From assembly GCA_023254985.1 (NCBI GenBank), contig JALRJT010000015.1, positions 1 through 28,155 on the forward strand: 28,155 bases of DNA, read 5' to 3'. This stretch comes from Ilumatobacteraceae bacterium. GTDB taxonomy: Bacteria > Actinomycetota > Acidimicrobiia > Acidimicrobiales > Ilumatobacteraceae. The translations under genes and the position numbers were made by a program. Within the stretch, counting starts at the first letter, position 1. Every line of letters starts with the position of its first letter. This document shows, piece after piece, positions 16,411 to 23,690 of the stretch. A model generated the notes under the pieces. The model did not search any database and was not told the DNA's origin. It saw only the letters and a program-made list of their open reading frames with translations.

Positions 16411-17126
16411 AGGATGACTTTTGGAGTCTCGCCATCATTCTGACGAGCACGGAAACGTGACGCACCTTTGAGCTCTGGCACCCATCCGGTGAGGATGAAG
16501 CGAGTCCGCTCTGCAATGTTCACTGCATGATCGCCAATTCGCTCATAGAAGCGTGAAACGACTGCCAGCTGAACAGCAACTTGAAGATCGATCGCTTCAC
16601 GAGCATGGCTCTCAAAAATCTCTTGGATGAACTGACGGTGCAGGGCATCGAGGTAACTATCCATGTCGTCGAGTGCGGCAGCTTTTGGCGCATCATTCGT
16701 GTTGAAAGCGTCGATCGTTGCAACGTACAACTGCCGAGCCTGTTCACTCATCTTGCTGATCAAGTCACGCAAGACCGGATCGATGTCGTGGCCGTAGATT
16801 CGTCGAGCGGCCTTGCAGATGTTCACCGCGAGGTCTGCGGACCGCTCAAGTTCTGCAGAAATCTTGATGATCGACACGAGCTGGCGCAAGTCCCCCGCAA
16901 CCGGTGACTGTAATGCAAGCTCCTGGAAGCAGAACTCTTCGATCTCAAGTGATCGTGCGTCGATTTCGTCATCTGCCTGAACCAGGTAGTCGGCACCTTC
17001 AAGATCTCCGGAGAGGAGCACGTTGGTTGCACGCGGGATGGTGTCGATGACCGTCTGACCGAGGGCCACAACTCGACCCCGCAAGTCCTCAAGTTCCTGG
17101 TGAAATGTTTTGCGAAGCTCTTCCAT
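16407..17126 (-). CDS. phoU: Phosphate signalling protein PhoU
   Basis: DDEIDAR..EIEE, LQSPVAGDLR, ELERSADLAVNI, DSYLDALH and RFYERIGDHAVNIAER. Start is ATG 17126 or GTG 17135. Confidence 0.93.
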   Translation of the reverse strand: MEELRKTFHQELEDLRGRVVALGQTVIDTIPRATNVLLSGDLEGADYLVQADDEIDARSLEIEEFCFQELALQSPVAGDLRQLVSIIKISAELERSADLAVNICKAARRIYGHDIDPVLRDLISKMSEQARQLYVATIDAFNTNDAPKAAALDDMDSYLDALHRQFIQEIFESHAREAIDLQVAVQLAVVSRFYERIGDHAVNIAERTRFILTGWVPELKGASRFRARQNDGETPKVIL

Positions 17127-17147
17127 CTCCCTCACCGTATCTCGCGG

Positions 17148-17188
17148 AAGTTACTTGGGGCTTGCCACAAGGTGACGTCCGCGTGAAC
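17148..17188 (-). promoter_or_regulatory. PHO-box-like promoter of phoU-regX3
   Basis: Minus strand GTTCACGCGGA/CGTCACCTTGT (11-nt period, 17188-17167). The second unit overlaps the -35 position of a TAACTT -10 (17153-17148). Confidence 0.6.
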
Positions 17189-17199
17189 AAGGTCAGGAG

Positions 17200-19311
17200 T
17201 CAGCGAACCTGCGTGCGAGTAACCCACGCATGAAGGTCACTCTGAGCGTCGCGGTCAAAACCGGGCGTCCCCTGCCGCGACCACTCGTTCTCTGGACCAA
17301 GTGCGTAGTGCGCCACATCATCAGCGAGGAGAAATCCGAGGACCGTATCCAGCCACATTCGATGCTTCGGGTGAGTGAGTGGCACCAACGTCTCTACTCG
17401 ACCCTTGAGATTGCGCTCCATCATGTCCGCCGAGCCGATCAAATGGAGTGGTTCATCATTGTCGAGCCCATGTTCGAACCGATAGATGCGCGAGTGCTCC
17501 AGTTGACGTCCGAGGATCGAGCGGACCGTGATGTTGTCAGAAAGGCCAGTCACTCCGGCACGGAGGCAGCAAATCCCGCGCACGACCAGATTGATGCGAA
17601 CCCCAGATTGGGACGCTCGATAGAGCGCTTCGATTACATCCGGATCCGAAATGGAGTTCATCTTCATCGTGATACGGCCGAGTTCGCCGAACGATGCTTC
17701 CTTGTCGATCAGTTCAATGACTCGTGTCTTGAGTCGATGAGGCGCGACGAGGAGCGATTGATAGTCAGGGGCGTGTGCGTACCCCGTCAGATAGTTGAAC
17801 AGCTCTGTTGCGTCACGACCGATCTCGGGTTCGCTTGTGAAGTAACCGATGTCTTCATAGATGCGGGCCGTGACCGAGTTGTAGTTACCCGTTCCGATGT
17901 GCACGTAGCGTCGGAGTGAACCCGCCTCGCTGCGCACGACGAGGATGCATTTCGCATGGGTCTTCAAGCCGACGAGCCCATACGTCACGTGAACGCCCGC
18001 ATATTCCAGTTCCTTGGCCCACGAAACATTTCGTGCCTCGTCGAACCTTGCCTTCAATTCCAAGACGACCGCCACCTGCTTGCCGAGTTCGGCCGCTTTG
18101 ATCAAATGCCGTGCAATCGTCGAATCACCAGACGTCCTATACAGAGTCATCTTGATTGACTGCACCTGTGGATCAAGCGAAGCCTGCTTGACGAACGACT
18201 CCACCGACGAGGCGAACGATTCATGTGGGTGATGCACCAACAGCTGTCGCTCACGTATGACATCGAACATTGATCGATGCTCTTCCTCTGCGACGGCCAG
18301 GCGTCCGGCCGTCACCGGCGGCCATGGGCGATACCGCAATCTCGGCATGTCAAGCGATGCGAGCTCCGCGAGTGACCCGAGACCGATGACCTCGTCGTGA
18401 TACGTCACGTCCTCGGCTTCCAATTCGAGTTCCTCGACGAGAAGCTCGCGCATCTCTGCTGGCATTGCACGAGGCACCTCGAGCCTCACCGCGCGACCGA
18501 AACGTCGTCGCCGAAGCTCCATCTCGACCGCCGCGAGCAAATCTTCGGCATCCTCATCGTCGAGGGAAAGGTCGGCGTTTCGAGATACACGAAAGACGTA
18601 ACACTGTTCAACTGTCATCCCCGGGAACAAGTGGTCAAGGTGTGCAACAACCACGTCTTCGATCAAGACAAACGTCTTGGACGAGCCGACCGAGATGAAC
18701 CGTGGGAAATTCGCCGGCAACTTCACTCGAGCGAATCGTTGTTCTCCGCTGCGCGGATCACGAACAGTGACTGCAAGATTCAATGCAAGGTTGGAGATGT
18801 ACGGAAATGGGTGAGCCGGGTCTACCGCAAGCGGGGTAAGGATCGGATAGATCCGTTCCATGAATTGGCTTGTCAACTCTGCACGATCGCCCTCTGATAA
18901 CTGACTCCAGTGAAGGACGAACACACCATTTTCCGCGAGCTCAGGAAAGAGCGACCCTCGAAGAATCTCTTCCTGGGTCGAAGTCAGTGCCTGAACTCGC
19001 TCACGGATCTCGACAAGTTGCTGAGCCGGAGTGCGACCGTCGGGTGTCGGTCGATCAACTTCTGCGGCGATTTGATCTTTCAGGGCCGCAACACGAATTT
19101 GATAGAACTCGTCCAAATTGGTACTGAAAATGGACACAAAACGACAACGTTCGAGCAACGGAACTTCGACTTCAGTGGCAAGGGACAGCACTCGTGAATT
19201 GAAGTCGAGCCAACTCAGCTCTCGATTAATGAAACGCGTGTCGATGGGAGCATCGTAGGAACCAATCGCAGACGACAGCCCGCGACGAAGGAGTTGTCGC
19301 CAAGAAATCAC
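17200..19311 (-). CDS. ppk1: Polyphosphate kinase 1
   Basis: FINRELSWLDFNSRVL, FSTNLDEFYQIRVA, LTPLAVDPAHPFPYISN, HHPHESF, IKMTLYRTSGDS, ELKARFDE, LKTHAK, HIGTGNYN and RSILGRQLEHSR. Exact start uncertain. Confidence 0.96.
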   Translation of the reverse strand: MISWRQLLRRGLSSAIGSYDAPIDTRFINRELSWLDFNSRVLSLATEVEVPLLERCRFVSIFSTNLDEFYQIRVAALKDQIAAEVDRPTPDGRTPAQQLVEIRERVQALTSTQEEILRGSLFPELAENGVFVLHWSQLSEGDRAELTSQFMERIYPILTPLAVDPAHPFPYISNLALNLAVTVRDPRSGEQRFARVKLPANFPRFISVGSSKTFVLIEDVVVAHLDHLFPGMTVEQCYVFRVSRNADLSLDDEDAEDLLAAVEMELRRRRFGRAVRLEVPRAMPAEMRELLVEELELEAEDVTYHDEVIGLGSLAELASLDMPRLRYRPWPPVTAGRLAVAEEEHRSMFDVIRERQLLVHHPHESFASSVESFVKQASLDPQVQSIKMTLYRTSGDSTIARHLIKAAELGKQVAVVLELKARFDEARNVSWAKELEYAGVHVTYGLVGLKTHAKCILVVRSEAGSLRRYVHIGTGNYNSVTARIYEDIGYFTSEPEIGRDATELFNYLTGYAHAPDYQSLLVAPHRLKTRVIELIDKEASFGELGRITMKMNSISDPDVIEALYRASQSGVRINLVVRGICCLRAGVTGLSDNITVRSILGRQLEHSRIYRFEHGLDNDEPLHLIGSADMMERNLKGRVETLVPLTHPKHRMWLDTVLGFLLADDVAHYALGPENEWSRQGTPGFDRDAQSDLHAWVTRTQVR

Positions 19312-19327
19312 GATCTCGCTACCACTC

Positions 19328-19354
19328 GTTCAACTTCGCGTCGCGCCACGTTCA
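19328..19354 (+). promoter_or_regulatory. Possible PHO-box-like site upstream of ppk1
   Basis: GTTCA at 19328 and at 19350 (22 nt = 2 x 11) in the 63-bp gap before ppk1; middle unit poor. Confidence 0.3.
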
Positions 19355-19374
19355 GACGCGTCGACCCGATGGGG

Positions 19375-19644
19375 TCAGGCCGACTCGTCGGCCCAGCCGA
19401 TTTCCCACTCGACGCTGATCCGCTCACGCTCAGCATCGCGGTTCACGCGTTCCTGATTGCGTCGGAACTGAGGGTCGTTGCGGGGCAAGAGAACGAGACG
19501 TGCGAGAACACGAGCACGAAATTCCTCAAGAAGGTTCGCGTCGCCGTAATCGCTGTAGACCTCCCAATGAGGAGATACTGGACCCAAATAGACGATGCGC
19601 GCGTGTCCGCGCGGCGGCTCGTTCAGTACTGCTGCGTCTGACAT
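19375..19644 (-). CDS. Hypothetical soluble protein (89 aa)
   Basis: ATG 19644 lies 7 nt below TAGCCT. MSDAAVLNEPPRGHARIVYLGPVSPHWEV...DPQFRRNQERVNRDAERE reads as a globular protein with normal codon usage and fills the ppk1-whiB gap. Confidence 0.75.
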   Translation of the reverse strand: MSDAAVLNEPPRGHARIVYLGPVSPHWEVYSDYGDANLLEEFRARVLARLVLLPRNDPQFRRNQERVNRDAERERISVEWEIGWADESA

Positions 19645-19651
19645 GCCCCTC

Positions 19652-19657
19652 AGGCTA
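19652..19657 (-). promoter_or_regulatory. Putative -10 (TAGCCT), leaderless
   Basis: 7 nt before ATG 19644. Confidence 0.55.
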
Positions 19658-19769
19658 CCGCCGGATTTCGACGAGTTCTCCGGGGAATTTACGGCATAAG
19701 GACTTGCTAAGAAGTATGACCAAGTCTTCACCATGTGAGCACACATCAATTACGGTGAAACCAACCCCG

Positions 19770-20027
19770 ATGAATGCCAATCGATCGCTGAAATGGATGG
19801 ATCGCGGTAGTTGCCGCAACTTTCCACCTGCGGTGTTCTTCCCGCAGGACGGAGCTGGTGTCGAGCGTGCCCGCGCAATTTGCGGTCACTGCCCAGTGAG
19901 AAATGAATGTTTGGAGTACGCCCTCAAACATCACATCGACCACGGCGTGTGGGGTGGATGCTCAGAACGTGAGCGCCGCCGAATCGCCAAGCGTCGTCGC
20001 CTCGAACACACAATCCAGCCAAACTAG
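19770..20027 (+). CDS. whiB: WhiB-family Fe-S transcription factor
   Basis: WMDRGSCR..FFP..ICGHCPVRNECLEYAL...GVWGGCSERERR: four Cys plus GVWGG turn. Start ATG 19770 (GTG 19755 possible). Confidence 0.92.
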   Translation: MNANRSLKWMDRGSCRNFPPAVFFPQDGAGVERARAICGHCPVRNECLEYALKHHIDHGVWGGCSERERRRIAKRRRLEHTIQPN

Positions 20028-20030
20028 GCT
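20025..20030 (+). promoter_or_regulatory. Putative -10 (TAGGCT) of leaderless ppx, overlapping the whiB stop
   Basis: 7 nt before GTG 20038. Confidence 0.55.
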
Positions 20031-20037
20031 CGCCCAC

Positions 20038-21588
20038 GTGGCAACGACTGCGGACGCCCCCACCATCGCCGCGCTCGACATCGGAACGAACAGTTTCCAC
20101 ATGGTGATCGCAAAAGCGGTCTCGAACGGCTTCGAGGTCATCACTCGAGAAAAAGAAACCGTGCGAATTGGCCATGGCGCCGGCGAGATGAAGGAACTTG
20201 ACCCAGCGGCGATCGACCGAGGGGTTGCTTGCCTCGAACGGATGAGGCATCTCGCAGAATCCCATGGCGCTGAGATGCGAGCAGTTGCCACGAGCGCGAT
20301 TCGCGAGGCCCGTAACCGCTCCGAGTTCATCAAACGTGCGAAAAAAGAAGCCGGGATTTCGATCGAGACGATCTCCGGAATCGAAGAAGCGCGCCTCATC
20401 CACCTTGGCGTGCTGCACGGAATCGGCAACCACGAAGATTCGATGTTCGTCTGCGACATCGGTGGCGGGAGTACGGAGGTTGTCGTCGGCAATGGCGACG
20501 AGATGTTGCTTGCACGCAGTTTCAAGATTGGAGCAGTCCGACTCACCGATCGCTTCTTCGGCTCAGCAACCCTCCACCCAAGCGCAGTGCCAAGTTGCCG
20601 GGCATTTGTGAAATCGACGCTCATGATTCTCCAATCGGAAGTCCAAGCGTTGGGTTACGACCTCGCGGTTTGCTCCTCTGGCACTGCCGAGACCGTCGCA
20701 CGCATCATCCAACAGAAGTCCGGGAAACCTGAACCCACCAGCATGAACCGATTCCACTTCACGGCCCAAGACGTCGCCGAGGTGGTGGAAGACCTCACTG
20801 GTTGCGCAACCGTGGAAGAACGCCGCGAGAAGTTCGGTATCGACCAGAAACGCGCCGAGATCATCCTTGCGGGAGCGATCATCCTCGAAGCGATCGCCGA
20901 CACCTACGGAATTTCCACCTTCACTTTCAGCGACTACGCACTTCGCGAGGGAGTACTCATCGACACTCTGCACCGTCGTGGAATCGGACCCGAAAACTCC
21001 GCTGGCGATGCATCACTGCGAAGCGTGAAGTTGCTCGCCGAGCGATGCGACGATCGGCCCGAACATTCGGAGAACGTTGCCCGAATCGCAGTCACGCTCT
21101 TCGATGCGCTCGCTTCCCACTTAATTAGTGATTCCGAAGATCGACGACTCTTGGAATATGCGGCCCTTTTGGCCAATGTTGGCGTGGTCATTTCGCACTC
21201 CAAGCACCACCTCCACTCGTACTACGTGATTCGTAATTCCGAACTCGTCGGTCTCGCCGACCATGACATCGAGATCATCGCGCAGGTGGCCCGGTACCAC
21301 CGCAAGGGGCTGCCGAAGAACGAACACCCGGAATTCGCGCGGCTCGGTGACGCCGACAAGCACCGAGTCGAACTCTTGGCAGGCATCCTGCGGATCGCCG
21401 TCGGTCTAGACCGAACGCAGGATGGTCGTGTGAAGAAAGTAAAGACTCAGATCACGGACGACGAGGTACTGATCTCGTTTGCTCCGTCAAAAAAACTGGA
21501 CAACGAACTGAACGTCTACTCAGCGATGGAGCGACGGTCGCTCCTCGAGCGAGTGATGAACCGAAGAGTTCGAGTGACTACCGACTAG
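20038..21588 (+). CDS. ppx: Ppx/GppA exopolyphosphatase with C-terminal HD-like domain
   Basis: IAALDIGTNSFH, VATSAIREARN, ISGIEEARL, DIGGGSTE, SGTAET, RAEIILAGA and ALREG, plus C-terminal ISHSKHHLHSYY...VARYHRK. Confidence 0.92.
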   Translation: MATTADAPTIAALDIGTNSFHMVIAKAVSNGFEVITREKETVRIGHGAGEMKELDPAAIDRGVACLERMRHLAESHGAEMRAVATSAIREARNRSEFIKRAKKEAGISIETISGIEEARLIHLGVLHGIGNHEDSMFVCDIGGGSTEVVVGNGDEMLLARSFKIGAVRLTDRFFGSATLHPSAVPSCRAFVKSTLMILQSEVQALGYDLAVCSSGTAETVARIIQQKSGKPEPTSMNRFHFTAQDVAEVVEDLTGCATVEERREKFGIDQKRAEIILAGAIILEAIADTYGISTFTFSDYALREGVLIDTLHRRGIGPENSAGDASLRSVKLLAERCDDRPEHSENVARIAVTLFDALASHLISDSEDRRLLEYAALLANVGVVISHSKHHLHSYYVIRNSELVGLADHDIEIIAQVARYHRKGLPKNEHPEFARLGDADKHRVELLAGILRIAVGLDRTQDGRVKKVKTQITDDEVLISFAPSKKLDNELNVYSAMERRSLLERVMNRRVRVTTD

Positions 21589-21598
21589 GTCGGAGAAT

Positions 21599-21778
21599 TT
21601 ACGCCGAAGGAGGCGTGTCGTTCTTCGGAGCTTCTGCGGACTTCGAACCGTCCGACTGGCCCTTCTTGAATTCCTGCTGGGCCTGTCCGAGGCTCCGAGC
21701 GATCTTCGGCAAACGCGAACCGAAAAGAAGCACAACGACGATCCCGACAATGATGAGTTCTGTTCCACCAAGGTTCAT
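21599..21778 (-). CDS. tatA: Twin-arginine translocase TatA/E subunit (59 aa; not in supplied ORF track)
   Basis: My translation: MNLGGTELIIVGIVVVLLFGSRLPKIARSLGQAQQEFKKGQSDGSKSAEAPKNDTPPSA*. It shows E8, an FG hinge, an amphipathic helix and EFKKG. Confidence 0.92.
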   Translation of the reverse strand: MNLGGTELIIVGIVVVLLFGSRLPKIARSLGQAQQEFKKGQSDGSKSAEAPKNDTPPSA

Positions 21779-21784
21779 GCCGTC

Positions 21785-21790
21785 AATCTA
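21785..21790 (-). promoter_or_regulatory. Putative -10 (TAGATT) of leaderless tatA
   Basis: 6 nt before ATG 21778. Confidence 0.55.
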
Positions 21791-21824
21791 GCACTGGGTG
21801 TTCCAAATGCGATAAGCAAAAAGG

Positions 21825-22631
21825 GTGCTCGAATGCGTCATCAACATCAGTGAAGGCGGGAACCCAAGCCAGCTCAGCGAATTGTCAGCGGAGCTCGGAT
21901 CGGACCTCCTGGACCTCCACAGCGACCGTGACCACAACCGCAGCGTGTTCACACTCGCAGGCGAAGACCCAGCGAGGATTCTTACGAAGAGCGCATCTGC
22001 GATGTTCGACATCCAGGAACATCACGGTGTCCATCCTCGAGTCGGGATCGTCGATGTCGTCCCCTTCGTCGCACTCGATGGTTCGACGTTCGAAGATGCG
22101 ATCGCCGCACGTGATCGCTTTGCGCAATTCGCCGCGAACGAACTTGGTATCCCCTGCTTCCTGTACGGCCCCGAACGTACACTGCCATTCATTCGCAAGC
22201 ACGCCTTCATCGACCTTCTTCCCGACGCAGGACCGACGAAACCCCATCCACGCTCTGGGGCGATCTGCGTCGGCGTACGGCCGATCCTCATCGCGTACAA
22301 CGTGTGGCTAAAAGACCAAACGGTGGAGACGGCCAAACACATCGCGAAGACTATTCGCACCAATGAACGTCGTACTTTGGGGCTCCAGGTTGGTGAACAT
22401 GCCCAGGTTTCAATGAACCTCATCGACTATGACGTCACCGGACCGGTGGAGGCCTATGACGCTGTTGCCGCGCTCGCTCCGGTCGATCACGCAGAGCTCG
22501 TTGGTCTCGTCCCCGCACGCGCGCTTGCTCGAATCCCGCGGGATCGATGGGCGCAACTAGACCTCAGCGGAGAAAAGACAATTGAGTGGAGACTCGCTGA
22601 ACGAAATCGACGTTTACAGGGAAACGACTAG
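21825..22631 (+). CDS. ftcD: Glutamate formimidoyltransferase (FTCD formiminotransferase domain)
   Basis: MLECVINISEG, DLHSDRDHNRSVFTL, HGVHPRVGIVDVVPFV, GIPCFLYG, PDAGP...HPRSGA, GVRPILIAYNV and QVSMNL. Confidence 0.85.
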   Translation: MLECVINISEGGNPSQLSELSAELGSDLLDLHSDRDHNRSVFTLAGEDPARILTKSASAMFDIQEHHGVHPRVGIVDVVPFVALDGSTFEDAIAARDRFAQFAANELGIPCFLYGPERTLPFIRKHAFIDLLPDAGPTKPHPRSGAICVGVRPILIAYNVWLKDQTVETAKHIAKTIRTNERRTLGLQVGEHAQVSMNLIDYDVTGPVEAYDAVAALAPVDHAELVGLVPARALARIPRDRWAQLDLSGEKTIEWRLAERNRRLQGND

Positions 22632-22903
22632 GCGCTAGCGATGTTGCGCGAGGTCTGCGCGCGCTGGCGACGGAGCTTGCGGCGCTCACGCTCCGACAAA
22701 CCGCCCCAGATGCCGAATTTCTCGCCATTGGCGAGGGCGTATTCAAGGCACTCATCTCGCACAACGCAGCCCTTGCAGACTTCCTTGGCTTCGCGGGTGG
22801 AGGCTCCTCGCTCCGGGAAGAAAAGGTCGGGGTCGACGCCGAGGCAGTTTGCCTGATCTTGCCAAGCGCGGTCAGCGCTCAGCTCGATTTGCTCGTCGTC
22901 CAC
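22628..22903 (-). CDS. whiB2: WhiB2/WhiB (WhmD)-like Fe-S transcription factor
   Basis: WQDQANCLGVDPDLFFPERGASTREAKEVCKGCVVRDECLEYALANGEKFGIWGGLSERERRKL. GGGGAGGAA SD upstream of GTG. Confidence 0.9.
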   Translation of the reverse strand: MDDEQIELSADRAWQDQANCLGVDPDLFFPERGASTREAKEVCKGCVVRDECLEYALANGEKFGIWGGLSERERRKLRRQRAQTSRNIASA

Positions 22904-23070
22904 GTATCCGGTTCCTCCCCAACCTTGGTGGGACGCCCTACGCGACTTACACCAAGGAAATTACAACGCCGTCATTCTGCCAAATCCTTGTAGGAAATGC
23001 AAATAACTCGGTTTCGGGACGTGGACCCCTCCATCAAGACCGAAGTCACACCCCTAGGCTGAGGACGAGT

Positions 23071-23622
23071 ATGCGCTTTCGCAGAACCTTCATCTTCGTT
23101 GACCTCTCTGGTTTCACAACCTTCACCGAACAACATGGTGACGGCACCGCAGCCCAACTTCTAAGCAAATTTCGCGCTGTCGCACGTGCAGTTGGCTCAC
23201 ATCAAGGCGTGCGCATCGACAAGTATCTCGGCGACGGATTGATGGCAGTAGCTGTGGAGGCATACGACGGAATCACGTTCGCGATGGAACTCCAGCGCCA
23301 CGCCACGATTGCGTGCGCTCCCCTCTCGCTCCGCATTGGAATCGCCACCGGCGACACGATGCTCTTCGAAGGCCAGGACTACATAGGCTGGGCTCCGAAC
23401 ATGGCTGCACGACTCTGTGACGCCGCGCACGGAGTCGGGGCTTTGATGCCCGCAGAACAAGCCGTCAATCTGCCTGTTGGTCTCTCCGCTCTCCAACACC
23501 CCGCAGTTGATCTTCCTGGCTTCCAAGGTCCGATTGAGGTTGTTGCCCTAGCGGGCGAACCGCTCATTGATGGCCGTTATGACATCAACGAAGTGGTGCT
23601 CGGCGCTCCATTCGTGAGCTGA
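23071..23622 (+). CDS. Stand-alone class III adenylate/guanylate cyclase catalytic domain protein
   Basis: ATG 23071 after GAGGA. FVDLSGFT, DKYLGDGLM, LRIGIATG and DYIGWAPNMAARL: both metal Asp, substrate Lys/Asp and transition-state Asn/Arg present. Confidence 0.88.
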   Translation: MRFRRTFIFVDLSGFTTFTEQHGDGTAAQLLSKFRAVARAVGSHQGVRIDKYLGDGLMAVAVEAYDGITFAMELQRHATIACAPLSLRIGIATGDTMLFEGQDYIGWAPNMAARLCDAAHGVGALMPAEQAVNLPVGLSALQHPAVDLPGFQGPIEVVALAGEPLIDGRYDINEVVLGAPFVS

Positions 23623-23664
23623 CAACTGCCTCAAATTGCAACTGAACCGTGCGTCTTTGAGGAA

Positions 23665-23684
23665 AATCTAGATTGTTTTAGCCT
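23665..23684 (+). promoter_or_regulatory. Palindrome AATCTAGATT plus -10 TAGCCT of leaderless SDR gene
   Basis: Perfect 10-bp palindrome at 23665-23674. TAGCCT at 23679-23684 lies 6 nt before ATG 23691. Confidence 0.5.
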
Positions 23685-23690
23685 GTCGAA

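Noticed and set aside
21150-21200. Ppx C-terminal HD motif reads AN (AALLANVG)
   Set aside because: This domain is commonly non-catalytic and variable in Ppx/GppA proteins, and the N-terminal catalytic motifs are intact.
21581-21593. CCGAC-TAG-GTCGG mini-hairpin at the ppx/tatA convergence
   Set aside because: A 5-bp stem is too weak to call a terminator.
23035-23050. Possible CRP site near the cyclase/whiB2 promoters
   Set aside because: Only the TCACA half matches; the other half (CAAGA) is poor.
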